Shown here: positions 33,601 to 44,075 of the stretch, piece after piece
How positions within the stretch are numbered: position 1 is the stretch's first letter
How the letters are laid out: every line of letters begins with the position of its first letter
Source of the DNA: Porphyridium purpureum
Lineage: Eukaryota
Direction: 5' to 3'
Length of the DNA stretch: 64,000 nucleotides
NCBI GenBank assembly: GCA_008690995.1
Contig: VRMN01000003.1
Span: 1,612,001-1,676,000, forward strand
The notes under the pieces: model-generated
Told to the model about the DNA's origin: nothing
What the model saw: only the letters and a program-made list of their open reading frames with translations
Database searches by the model: none
Program-made: the position numbers and the translations under genes

Positions 33601-36600
33601 TCACTCGCTTTCCTCGCTGTCGGCTACAATGCGACGCCGAAGTTGTGCAACTGCAGCGCGACTGCTCCTAGGTCTGGAAATCGCGGATTCAGGACGTACG
33701 GACAGTCTGTGATTGGGCGTGTTAGAGAACGCGCTGGAGCCACACCCTTCGCTGTCGCTAGAAGATCGAGAGTCTGGTTGTGTGTTGAGCTTGGCTAGGG
33801 AAATGTCTGGCGCAGCTTTCGAACCCGGCCGTTCACGTGCTTGTCTGTTCGATTTGGAAGCCATCTGTGGCTTACTTGAAGTCGCCGCTGACGCGACATT
33901 TTCCTTGCCCTTGCTGTTTTTGGCTGGAGTAGCCGAGGATCCCTTACGGCGCGCCTTGCGTGCAGACGCAACAGCTGCACGAGTTTGACCATCCAAACTC
34001 ATGCTCTCCAGCTCTTGTGCCACTGAACTGAGCAAAAAATCCATGTCATGATTAGCCCCTGTCATTGACGTGGTGCCCAATCCGCTCTCCCCAGCTGTAT
34101 CTGTCGCCTGCCTTGCAGAAGAAGTGCTTGTTGCCTTCCGGACAGCGTCAAGCTTGAATTCTAGCGCTTCAATCAGCGCACGCGCTTCGGGGCTTTTAGA
34201 ATGCAGCTTACTGGACCGCGCACACATGGTCATGAATGCCCCAAAGACATGGTCATCGTGAAGCTTATCAGCAAAGGTACGGAACATGTCGACGAGCCGC
34301 TTGAGAGCGCGTTCAGAAAGCGGTAGTAGGCCCAGGCAATATACAATGCGATGCCACTCCTCAGGGCTGCTTGCGCCGCGAAAACGCAAACACAATTTTT
34401 CTACAGTACCTTCAATGTGGCGGTCCTTGTTGAGGAAGCCGATCAAAAACTTCATCACAGACTTGAATTGCGCCTCGGACACGTCAGGACGTGTTGTCAA
34501 GCAAGACATCATGTCTGGCAGACTGTTGTAGATGACGCTGCCGCCTTTGCGCGCTAGCTCATAAAAGAATAGCCGCGCAAGCTCAACAATGCCACCGTCT
34601 GTATCCTCTAAGCACAGCGCGAGACCGACAATCTGGCCGCGCGCCTTGATCATGTCGTTCAGGATTAAATGGGCAAGTACGGTCAACGCGTTCTTGCGAA
34701 CTTTGACGTCGCGGTCTTCCAGGCATCCATACAAGCTGATCGTCCAAGGCTCAAGCATGTTTGGAAAGCGGAAGGCCAAGTCGCCAAGCGCGACGGCCAC
34801 GTTTGCACGCACTGCTGAACTGTCCGATGACTTTAGCACGGAGAACAAGAGCTGCAGATGAGCTTTGCAAAAGGACGCTTTCGCAGCCATCATTTTGGCC
34901 AACGAGAGGACAGCGCATGCTTGCACGTACTCGCACGAGCTAGGCGTTGACGCCAATTTCACGATGAGCGGTGCGTATTTGCCCACTGGCGAGGAATTCG
35001 AAAACAGCCCATCCTCAGCGTGACTTAGAATTGCTTCAAACTGGGAATCGTCGGCCAAAGAATGAGAAAGACCCATCTTGTGCTCCAAGTCTGCGTTTGT
35101 ACCTGTACCGGATGTGAATGCAGCCTCTTGCTTCTTCTTGAGCTGCCCAACTTCCAGTTCAACATGAATCAATTCGCGCATAGCGACGTGTCCAATTATG
35201 AACACAAACTGTGCCACCATCAGCGATCGACTTGTCTCAACGTCTTGCTGTGACGTCATGCTCTTCGCAATTTGCTTCGCCAGCCTGCGAATCACACCGT
35301 CCAATACAGCATGTGGTCGCGCCGACATGATATACACGGCATTCATGAGCTCTTCACTAGCTGCCAAATATGGCGTTACATCGATTCCGGGCGTCGCTGC
35401 AACACACAGAGCGTCAGCCATGCTTTCCACGAGGCGGCTGAAATTTTCTCGCGGTGCTGACCTTGTTAATTGGCCCTGAAGCGACGATTCGAACAGTTTT
35501 GATACGGCCTGAGCGACATGATGCATCATAATAAAATCGTTCGTGGTGGCACCTCGGCTACTCTTGCAGATTAGTTCATTCAACAATTCTCTGCGCACTT
35601 CCGAAGCCGCGAAAGATGGACCGCGAGTCATGCCCAAGAGCAGGCACGCAGCCTGCAAGCTTGACGGTTGCTCAACCATCTGCGGCACTTTGCCCGAAAG
35701 AATATCATAAAGTACACTTTCAAACACAGAGCAATTAAGTTGGAGCTCGCACATCAACGTCTCAATGCACGTCACTTCGCCAGATGTGGCACCATTGAGC
35801 ATGGAGATTAGTCCTCGTATAATTGACAAAGCGTCATGTGAACTAACAGTTTGGTTCGTCAACTCAAATTGGGCATTTTGACGCACAGCATCCACCAAGT
35901 GTGAAGGAAACAGCAACTCGCGGTATGCATTCACACAGGCGGTTTGAACGGCCTTTTCTCGAGACAGCACGAGGACAAGCATGCGGCATATGCTCGGCTG
36001 CGTTCCTTCAACACCAAACTTCAGACCAACCACGAATACCTGAACGGCTTCAACCACATCGGTTACGTTTGTGGATCGTAGCAAAAGGTACAACTTGGGC
36101 AAAGCACCGTGCAGGCAATTTAGAAACTGGACGGCACTCTGGTAGAACAGAAGTGCCTTGGCCTGGTCTACCGTGCTTTGATTTTCACCAGCCTCAAGGT
36201 TTTCGTCAACACCGATGTCGCCGCTGCAATTGGAGCTTTCTCTCGATGTTGATTCGACTGCGGCCTGAAGCTCCTTTCTGCGTTGCTCGTAGTGTGAGCG
36301 CGCCAACGTTGGTCCAAAGGGATTCGCACGCATCAGACTTGACAGTAGATGGAGTGCATTTTTTCGAACGATCGCTGCCCTATCCTCCAAGCGTCCGCAC
36401 GCAATCTCGGTGGCCTGTTTGAGGTGCACAATCGGTAGGCTCTGCTCCTCTACAAGCAACGCCAGCATTTGAAGCGTTCGCGACCGGCAGAACGCATTTG
36501 AGTCACGGCAACGTTCAAGAATTTGCCCCACGTAAGCCTCGCAGCGCTTCAAGTGGACTTCTTGTTCTGATTTCGGTGCGCTGTCTTCCAATCCTACGTT

Positions 36601-37701
36601 CTCCTCTTCTTCAATGCACTCTTCAGTTTCTCTGTTCGCCCTTTTCACAGTCCCTTCGCGGAGCTTTCGCAACTCATAGATTGCGAGATGCGCAAGCACT
36701 ACGACCAGCCCGTTCCTCACGAGGTACGCGTCGCCTTGAAAATGGCGCATGAGTAAAGGCAGTGAAGGTGCCATCAAGTCAGCTCGACGTGCCGCCATTT
36801 CGGCCAGTAGCTCCCCGGTATTTCGCGCGGCTTGCGAGTCTCGCACAAGCTCTGATTGTGAAAGTGCGCCTATCGCGGCGCAGATGGCATCGATCATGCG
36901 ACTTTGGCCGTGCTTGGCATACAAGTTGAACATGACATCGGTGATAATAGCTGCGCGCTGATCCACGCGATTTATGATGTGCAAAAGTGAGGCAGCAAGC
37001 TCTTCAGCATGGTCTTTTCGTCGCGACAAGACGCCTAGCATTGTGATCAGCAGCGCAATTGCAGACTTGTCCTTGACCATGGCATTGGATTCCAAGAGCA
37101 GCCCGCCCATGCGCATGACAAGGACGTGGATATCTTCCAGATCCACGTCGTACCTGACGATTGCCTCATCCGTAATTTCGAGCACAGAAAGCAGGGAGGA
37201 AAGCAGAGCTGTGCGCTCCTCTTGGCCCCACGACCAAGCCTGTTTTGACCCTTTGTTTGTGGGCTTCCCGGTCGTGATTTCCAGACAGGCGGAGGCATGG
37301 CATGTGCCTTGCTCCGCAATGGAACACAAAGACGTACCTATAAACACTGCTATTTTCACCGATTCCATCCAATCCAGCCGAGAAAAGATTTGCTCTCCGG
37401 GCGTTGAAGTAAATGCCCTGAGGCCGTCATTGACAAGGTTCACAATCGCCTTTTGCTGGTTTGGAGAGTTGAGCGTCTTGAACTTTTGCAACAACGTGTA
37501 GATGATTCCGAAAGGAGAGCCGTAAGCGACATCATCTTGTGATAGCGGCTGCCACCACTGCTGTGCGTGGCCGCGCACTAAGCCAAGCAGCTCATCGACC
37601 GATGCCGCTGGAGCTGCAGGAACTGCGTACACTCCGTACGTCTCCTCAGCACCCGCCAATGCGAGGTCCTCGAAATGCAGAGGCACTTGGAATGCCGCCA
37701 T
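33601..37701 (-). CDS. NCAPD2: Condensin I subunit CAP-D2 (Cnd1/Ycs4)
   Basis: HEAT-rich protein with RLEDRAAIVRKNAL, NPFG, VRANVAVALGDLAFRFPNMLEPWT, VRKNALTVLAHLILNDMIKARGQ, IYNSLPD. Confidence 0.94.
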   Translation of the reverse strand: MAAFQVPLHFEDLALAGAEETYGVYAVPAAPAASVDELLGLVRGHAQQWWQPLSQDDVAYGSPFGIIYTLLQKFKTLNSPNQQKAIVNLVNDGLRAFTSTPGEQIFSRLDWMESVKIAVFIGTSLCSIAEQGTCHASACLEITTGKPTNKGSKQAWSWGQEERTALLSSLLSVLEITDEAIVRYDVDLEDIHVLVMRMGGLLLESNAMVKDKSAIALLITMLGVLSRRKDHAEELAASLLHIINRVDQRAAIITDVMFNLYAKHGQSRMIDAICAAIGALSQSELVRDSQAARNTGELLAEMAARRADLMAPSLPLLMRHFQGDAYLVRNGLVVVLAHLAIYELRKLREGTVKRANRETEECIEEEENVGLEDSAPKSEQEVHLKRCEAYVGQILERCRDSNAFCRSRTLQMLALLVEEQSLPIVHLKQATEIACGRLEDRAAIVRKNALHLLSSLMRANPFGPTLARSHYEQRRKELQAAVESTSRESSNCSGDIGVDENLEAGENQSTVDQAKALLFYQSAVQFLNCLHGALPKLYLLLRSTNVTDVVEAVQVFVVGLKFGVEGTQPSICRMLVLVLSREKAVQTACVNAYRELLFPSHLVDAVRQNAQFELTNQTVSSHDALSIIRGLISMLNGATSGEVTCIETLMCELQLNCSVFESVLYDILSGKVPQMVEQPSSLQAACLLLGMTRGPSFAASEVRRELLNELICKSSRGATTNDFIMMHHVAQAVSKLFESSLQGQLTRSAPRENFSRLVESMADALCVAATPGIDVTPYLAASEELMNAVYIMSARPHAVLDGVIRRLAKQIAKSMTSQQDVETSRSLMVAQFVFIIGHVAMRELIHVELEVGQLKKKQEAAFTSGTGTNADLEHKMGLSHSLADDSQFEAILSHAEDGLFSNSSPVGKYAPLIVKLASTPSSCEYVQACAVLSLAKMMAAKASFCKAHLQLLFSVLKSSDSSAVRANVAVALGDLAFRFPNMLEPWTISLYGCLEDRDVKVRKNALTVLAHLILNDMIKARGQIVGLALCLEDTDGGIVELARLFFYELARKGGSVIYNSLPDMMSCLTTRPDVSEAQFKSVMKFLIGFLNKDRHIEGTVEKLCLRFRGASSPEEWHRIVYCLGLLPLSERALKRLVDMFRTFADKLHDDHVFGAFMTMCARSSKLHSKSPEARALIEALEFKLDAVRKATSTSSARQATDTAGESGLGTTSMTGANHDMDFLLSSVAQELESMSLDGQTRAAVASARKARRKGSSATPAKNSKGKENVASAATSSKPQMASKSNRQARERPGSKAAPDISLAKLNTQPDSRSSSDSEGCGSSAFSNTPNHRLSVRPESAISRPRSSRAAVAQLRRRIVADSEESE

Positions 37702-37838
37702 TGCTTGCTTCTTCGCCTGCTTGGTACCCTGTCACCTCTCTCGCTCTTCCACACCACACAGAGCCTTTCTTCTGGTCCAACGCTCCTCCCGTCCACATGC
37801 TCCATGCCAATCACAAGGCCTCCTCGAAAATCCGAAGA

Positions 37839-37852
37839 TTCAAAAATTTGAA
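37839..37852. promoter_or_regulatory. Candidate paired CHR-like element upstream of CAP-D2
   Basis: TTCAAA-AA-TTTGAA about 140 bp upstream of the ATG; CCAAT at 37807. Confidence 0.35.
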
Positions 37853-38280
37853 CGTGCGCATTCCGTCAGTCACTCACTGTACTCGCTCTATTAAAACGAT
37901 GCTGTTTAATCAGTAAAAAGCATAGCGCCGAAAATTGCGGCAGTGTCTTCTGACTTGGTCCTAAACCAGTTTCGCTTGGTCCAAGGACATTCGGCGCAAA
38001 AGGGCCCACACCTGCAGCCGCGCACTCGAGACAGCGTGGCGAAGGTAGCCATTCTCGAGGACTGTGCCTTGTTTCTGCACAACGCGGCGATCGGGCGCTT
38101 CGCTGTTGTCGCATTCCTTTGATCGCGCACTCTGGTGCGTGGCGGCATGAATGGAAGGATGTTCTGCAAGCCAATAAATTAGGAATGTTTTAATTCGCCG
38201 CTATTCGAACTGGAGCATAGCACAGGCTGGCTGCCGTATGCTGCTGCTTCCAATTCTTCTAATCCAGCGGCGATAAAGTT

Positions 38281-41175
38281 CTAGCGATGATTGTCAGCGT
38301 TGGCATCGCTGCTACTCTGGTTGCCCGCTGACAGCCTTGCGTAGAGCTCATCAAGAACCTCGGACTGAGTCAATCCGTTCAAGTCCACATTCATGCTTTT
38401 CAATTGGCTCAGCACGTTCTCGATGGCCTCCTTGCTAACTTCAGGCTTGCGCAACCCGGCATCCGCTTCGCGCTCCCGACCCTCCCCGTGGTCAAGCATA
38501 AGAAAGGGATGTTGCAGAAGTTCTGGAATGGTCGGCCGCTTCCTCGGATCACGCTGCAAGCATTGTCTCATGACATGAAGCAGTGCCTTATTGCGAATCG
38601 GTGGAAATTGGATTTCGTGGCTGGGGTCTGTGATGCTGTGAAGCTTTTGGATCATGCTCAGGTGGGCGAACGGCGTCTTGCCGTACACCATTTGATACAA
38701 GATGCATCCCAGCGACCAGATATCACTCGGCCGGCCCAGCTTGTATTTTCGGTCCGCCGAAGCGGACGACTCGCTTCCACTCCACGAGGAAGCACCTTCA
38801 GGTGCACACAAAAGCGCCTCAGGGCTCATGTAATTGGGCGTACCGACCTGCGAGTCGCGCACAATATTCGTGGTGTCATCTGACGCAAAGGCCTTGGCAA
38901 TGCCAAAATCAATCAGTTTGAGGCTGCCTTCGATGAGCAGAAAGTTCGCGGGCTTCAAGTCGCCGTGAATGATTCGCTCCTCATGAATCGTGTGAACGGC
39001 CTCCAGCATTTGTTGCCAGTATAGTCGCAGAAAATTGCTGCTGACAGCCTTCCCACGTCCACGGGCAAGCAACCGAGCCAAATCAATATCCCCACACTCC
39101 ATGATCAAGTAAATAACGCCTGCAGATGCCCGCACTTCAGATTCATACAGCTGCACGATGTTCGGCTTACCCTTTAGCTTTTGCAACAGCGAAATCTCGT
39201 TCGCATAGTTCATGATGGCCTCGTGATCCCCTTTGGCAACGCGCACTCTCTTCAGCGCATAGATCTTACGATCTGGCGCCATAACCTTGTACACCTTCGA
39301 ACTGCCTCCCTTCCCTATTAGCTCAATACGCATGTAGTTCACTCCGCATACCTCCACAACCGAGTCTCCAAAACCGAGTGACACCATCGCGGGCGACGGG
39401 TCTGCATGCGCGTTCCGGTGGACTTCAAACGCTGCATGTATTCCATCGTTCTCTGCGTTCCGGTGATCATGTCCAGAGAGATGCGACCGGACCGGCTCCA
39501 ACTCTGGTGGCGGCTTGTCGCTGATGCTACCCGATCCAAAATTTTCGGTCATACGTACGGGAAACTGCTCGCCGCCGCTTGCGTTGACAGGAGAGGCATC
39601 GTAGATTTGGTTGTACAATATTCCATTGTGCACAGAGGACGCTGCCGTGGTGGCGCCGTGCGTTCTTACATGGCGCTGATCCTGTAGATTAACCGGCATT
39701 AATTCCTCCCGATTCAGCCGAATCTGAGGCGTCTCAAATGCGCCTAGCACGTCGGTCTCTGGTTGTGACCGCCGGAAGACATCGGGCTCTTCCATGTATG
39801 TGGAAGCCACAGACTCCATTCTGTTATTGTCTCTTACATGTTGCGCATCCAGTGAGGAATTTGAATGACCCAACCCCAATTGTGACGGTGCACGTGTGCT
39901 TGGTTTGGGCGCATGAGTATGCGCCATGGATGCATCTGAAGCCCGAACATCATCTCGTCTTTCTGTGCGAGACACATTCCCATTTGCGTAACCCAAAACC
40001 GCATCATCCGCTTCACACGCTCCAGGTGCCACTCGCCGCGCTGGACCGCTTCGAAGCAACTTGGTGCTTGACGGCGTAATAGTCAACTTCTTGGATGCCA
40101 CCTGCGCCGACGCGCCGGCGTGCGCTGAGAGAGCACGCTCGTGCGGTTGTTGCATCTGTGCGCCCATTTCTAAACTACTACCGCTGAACGCGCCCTTCTC
40201 CACGGTCCGCAAAAGGCTGGCAGTGGTTGCCGTGATCGTTGCCTCGGTGCTGCTCATGGTTTGCGTATGGTTACCGGCGATCGGCATGAAATGCGATGCA
40301 GCTTCTTCACGGAGCTTTTCGGCTTTCACAGCATTGCCGGCCTTCCTTTCTACATCCGCCCAAGCGTTCAGCACGCGTGAGTCCTTGTCGCCAATGCGAT
40401 GCACTTTCATGTACTTGAATGTCTCGCGCGCTTCTTCGGTGGCATCCTCGCTCTGAAGCTTGGCAAACTGTAACCATATATATACAAATTCATCACGTGT
40501 GCGATTACCTTTCATCTTGAGTCGTAGCGTGGCTTGCTCGTACAGCCGGAGAAGCGCGGACGCATTCACTGAAGCGGGCGCTGCACAATACCTCTCATCC
40601 AAAAATGAGAGCAAATCGAACCAAGCCTGTACCGACTCTGGCTCATCTCTTACCGTACGCATGAGTTCAAGCAGAGCAGTGGCGTCTTCGCGCGCTGAGT
40701 GCGGGAGCAAATTGTCGCACTTGGCAAGTAATTCTCGGTCTCGCGATGTGGACACAGATGCGGCCGAGACATCCCCGCCGTCCACCGAGGTGCCCGCACT
40801 GGGCATGCTCCTCGATTCCGGCGTATTTGTAAGATGCGATTGGCGCTGTACGTCTGCGAGCGGCGCTCTATCCGCAACCATGTTTCCTCGCCGCTTGATC
40901 GTGCGCTCCAAAAGAGGTGTCATGTTCTCCTTCTCGGGACTGTGTGCAGAGGACATAGCCTGTATTCTGGACGGAACATGTGGAGCATGTACGCTTTGTG
41001 GGGGAGCCTGTCTTTGCGAAGCCTCTGGAGTCGGCGGCAGTGCGCCTGGCGATGACAGTCCAGACGAAGATCCATCGGCCACGTGCTCTTGCCGCAGCTT
41101 GAGTATCCGCGCTCGCAGCGCAGAGATGTTCCCGCTCCCTGCCCCCTCCATCCTGCTTTCGCGCGCTTCTGTCAT
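38281..41175 (-). CDS. MPS1: MPS1/TTK spindle-checkpoint kinase with an N-terminal TPR-like region
   Basis: IGKGGSSKVYKV, YALKRV, YANEISLL, YWQQMLEAVHTIHEERIIHGDLKPANFL, DTTNIVRDSQVGTPNYMSPEAL, DIWSLGCILYQMVYGKTPF. ATG 41175 (or 41151). Confidence 0.95.
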   Translation of the reverse strand: MTEARESRMEGAGSGNISALRARILKLRQEHVADGSSSGLSSPGALPPTPEASQRQAPPQSVHAPHVPSRIQAMSSAHSPEKENMTPLLERTIKRRGNMVADRAPLADVQRQSHLTNTPESRSMPSAGTSVDGGDVSAASVSTSRDRELLAKCDNLLPHSAREDATALLELMRTVRDEPESVQAWFDLLSFLDERYCAAPASVNASALLRLYEQATLRLKMKGNRTRDEFVYIWLQFAKLQSEDATEEARETFKYMKVHRIGDKDSRVLNAWADVERKAGNAVKAEKLREEAASHFMPIAGNHTQTMSSTEATITATTASLLRTVEKGAFSGSSLEMGAQMQQPHERALSAHAGASAQVASKKLTITPSSTKLLRSGPARRVAPGACEADDAVLGYANGNVSRTERRDDVRASDASMAHTHAPKPSTRAPSQLGLGHSNSSLDAQHVRDNNRMESVASTYMEEPDVFRRSQPETDVLGAFETPQIRLNREELMPVNLQDQRHVRTHGATTAASSVHNGILYNQIYDASPVNASGGEQFPVRMTENFGSGSISDKPPPELEPVRSHLSGHDHRNAENDGIHAAFEVHRNAHADPSPAMVSLGFGDSVVEVCGVNYMRIELIGKGGSSKVYKVMAPDRKIYALKRVRVAKGDHEAIMNYANEISLLQKLKGKPNIVQLYESEVRASAGVIYLIMECGDIDLARLLARGRGKAVSSNFLRLYWQQMLEAVHTIHEERIIHGDLKPANFLLIEGSLKLIDFGIAKAFASDDTTNIVRDSQVGTPNYMSPEALLCAPEGASSWSGSESSASADRKYKLGRPSDIWSLGCILYQMVYGKTPFAHLSMIQKLHSITDPSHEIQFPPIRNKALLHVMRQCLQRDPRKRPTIPELLQHPFLMLDHGEGREREADAGLRKPEVSKEAIENVLSQLKSMNVDLNGLTQSEVLDELYARLSAGNQSSSDANADNHR

Positions 41176-41297
41176 CGACGCGCACGACGGCCGCTGCAAC
41201 TCCGCGTCAGAGAGCCTGCGCGCGAACGACGAACCTTCCCACGCGCCATCCAGCCCCGGCCCTGGCCTGCTTCATCGTGCCAGGCGCTCACTCCAGA

Positions 41298-41311
41298 TTC
41301 AAATTTTCAAA
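41298..41311 (-). promoter_or_regulatory. Candidate tandem CHR-like element upstream of MPS1
   Basis: Minus strand reads TTTGAA-AA-TTTGAA, about 125 bp upstream of the ATG. Confidence 0.35.
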
Positions 41312-41641
41312 ACAGGGATCATAAACAGCGACACAGAACACCCTTGTCGAGTGTACCTTATCGCTATACTTTATGGTTTCTTAAGGTACAGTAATCCTAT
41401 TGCAAGTACAGTTCGCAGGTGCTTCTCGATTTTTGGCAGTGGGCACACGAAGTTGAGAGTGAGCAGCATGCGCCTGCAGATGTCGACTGCCACGACTGGC
41501 AATGCGAAAGCGCCGATGGGAGAGGATAGCAACGAGAGTGCTATCGAAAGAAATCATGCCTGAACGCATTTTGGATTCTACTGCAACATGCAAAAAGCTG
41601 TATATCGCAAGAATTGGATGTGTACTGGGTTGCAAAAGCAA

Positions 41642-42565
41642 TCATGGCGCGGCTCCTGAGTTGAGGTTTTGACTCGGGTTCTCATCTTGATCGCGGTCAT
41701 TCTCGGTGTTCACGTTGAGGGATGCGCTGGCGATCGCATCCTCTTCGGCCAGTTCGTCAATGGACTTCCCGAGCTTCACAAACTCGTGATGGTAATGGTC
41801 CTTGCGCATGCGGATGAATTCTTCGCGCGAATGAGGAGTCGCCGTCGTGCTTGAGCCAGACGATTTCGTTCGCTTCGTCATTTTGGTCTCATGGTAGTCG
41901 GTCTCTGCTTCCGAAAACCCTTGAAGTTTGGAATGGTGGATCACTTCTGGCTCCTCGTGTTCGCTCGGCAAGTCTTCACTGGCCACGAACGGAGTTTTTG
42001 GCTCATCAATCTTCATCTTTGGCGGGTTTCTTCGGATGTTAAGAAGGAAATAATTCGAAAGAGGATAAAACGCAAGAAAGACGCGAATGAGATACAAGCA
42101 GAACACGCGTCGGGAAAGTTAGGAAGCATGAAGAACAAGTCAGCAAACCCGTCAGCTAGGTTCTGTGAAAGCCCACGGAAGGCAGGTCGTACATATGCAC
42201 GGCCACAAAGGCTGCGTCAAGGCATCGAAGACTACGTGCACCGTGCGATGCGCGACATGAAAGCGCACCGAAAAACAAACAAGGACAAGGAACAAAAACC
42301 AAGCCAGGAAAAAGGAGGTTTGCATAGATGATGCGCGAACGTACAGAATCATTTCCTCCGCGTTCAGCTTCAGATTTGTCTCGTCCCACTTGAGACTTTT
42401 CTTCCGGTCTGCGGTATGCCTGCGCGACAAAATCCCCTTTCCGTGCGGCGAATGCTTCGACGAGCTGCCGCCGCCGTTTGACGTGCGCTCCGCAGGCGAG
42501 CCATGCGACGCGCCGTCCGCGCCTAGCGAAGCACAGCGCACACGTTCTTCGGGCTCCCCATCCAT
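41642..42565 (-). CDS. Protein phosphatase 1 inhibitor-2, two exons (42565-42345 and 42029-41642)
   Basis: Exon 1 carries KGILS and KKSLKWDETN; exon 2 carries MKIDEPKTPF and FIRMRKDHYHHEF. A phase-2 join CT^A gives EEMILNPPKMKIDEPKTP. Confidence 0.88.
42030..42344 (-). other. Spliceosomal intron (315 nt) in the inhibitor-2 gene
   Basis: 5' GTACGT, branch-like CTTAAC shortly before the terminal AAG. Removal restores the frame and skips the stop at 42152. Confidence 0.75.
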
Positions 42566-43175
42566 CTTCGCCTACTCCTTTGCCACTCGCGCAATCCTCC
42601 CCTCTGCCATGTGTCTCTCACACCAGCGTCAGACGCAACAAACGATGTGCCGCCTCTTCCCCTCGACCTCAACCACACCACCCGCATCCCCACTTCACCC
42701 GGCTCACTCCCGCGAACACGCGTGGAAATAAAAAGAGACGCTGCGCCCCCATGACTCAGCAAGTGTACTTTTATCGTCCAAATCCTCTTATCAAAACAGC
42801 CCCGGCTTCATTAAGAAGCAACACCGCGTAGGGTACAGGCAGTCTCGTGGTGAATCACACACGTTTCATACGAACGTTATTGGATTAAGCCGTTCTGGAG
42901 GAAATGCGGGATTTCTTTTGAATGCTCAAGTGGGAACTGTGTCTAGACACTTTTATCACAGAGGAAGGAGTGGCGCGGTTTGGAGGGAGTAACGGTGGGG
43001 GTGGCGCTGTGAGTGCGTCCGGGAATCACTGCGATCGCACGTTTTCGGTTGGGGTCGGTCGTGCGACCCACGGCGCTCGCAGGATCAGAGCAGTCTCGGA
43101 GCTGGGAATTTCTAACTGCGCTGCGGTCGATTGTCGTGGTGGTGAGCAAAGAGAGCTTGACGCGTTGCGATCAAT

Positions 43176-43703
43176 ATGTGGCCGGCCGCGCAGAGATTGC
43201 TGCAGCAAGTGGGTGCGGCGAGGCGACAGCATGTGGTGCGCGGCGTGGTGCGCACCTCGGCCGTGTGTGCGGTGACGATGATGGTGCGCCCGGCGGCGCA
43301 CGCCGATTCGGGCAAGGGCAAGCCGAGTGACGGCAAGTTTGACTTTTCGCAGCTCGTGGATCCGGACCAGCTGGTACCAAACGCAGAGTCTATTGGCTTC
43401 GGCACAGTGTGCGGTTTTGCGTCGGGCTTTTTCGCGAAGAAGGTCGGCCAGGTGGCTGTATTGACTGCCGGCGGTCTGTTCACGCTGTTCCAGGTCGCTG
43501 CGTACTACGACATCATCACCATCAACTGGGACAAGTTGCAAGGCGGCGTCATGGGCACGCTGGACCTCGACAAGGACGGCGACTTTGACCACGACGACAT
43601 GAAGTTGGGCGTCCAGAAGGCCATTGCCATACTGTCAAACCACATGCCGGCCACCACGACCGGCTTTGGCGCCGGATTCTTGCTCGGTCTGAAGAGAGGC
43701 TAG
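43176..43703 (+). CDS. FUN14-family mitochondrial outer-membrane protein
   Basis: GFGTVCGFASGFFAKKVG, GGLFTLFQ...IITINWDKL, C-terminal GFGAGFLLGLK, and a DLDKDGDFDHDD loop. Confidence 0.88.
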   Translation: MWPAAQRLLQQVGAARRQHVVRGVVRTSAVCAVTMMVRPAAHADSGKGKPSDGKFDFSQLVDPDQLVPNAESIGFGTVCGFASGFFAKKVGQVAVLTAGGLFTLFQVAAYYDIITINWDKLQGGVMGTLDLDKDGDFDHDDMKLGVQKAIAILSNHMPATTTGFGAGFLLGLKRG

Positions 43704-44075
43704 ATCGAATACCGCTCCCGAGCTTGCTCGCTTCTCCGAATTTTTTCTCACCATACCCACCGTACCCAGCTTTACGCATTAAATAATCCATATTTTAAAC
43801 ACTGGCCGATAAATAATGGTCTAGACTCGCCGGCGACCACTAAGACTTTGGGCCCCCCGCGCGCGTATCCGTTAGATATAAAACCGGGGTATTTTGATAG
43901 GAGATTCATTCGCCACTGCGGTATGGGCGCAACGGAGGCGAAAGGATTGCGGTTGTGCATGTGCAGACGATCGCGAAGGAGGAGAGAGAGTAGCTGCGTG
44001 TGTGTGTGTGTGTGGGGTGGGGGTCGATCGAGCTGGTGAAGCGTAGTGCGGGATCGCACTGTAGTGTCGTTCAGC

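Noticed and set aside
40460..41563. Long antisense ORFs (also 13437-14192, 45489-46439, 50580-51473)
   Set aside because: Shadow ORFs opposite real genes in GC-rich DNA.
43560..43600. EF-hand-like loop in FUN14
   Set aside because: To my knowledge this is common in non-animal FUN14 proteins, so it is not novel.
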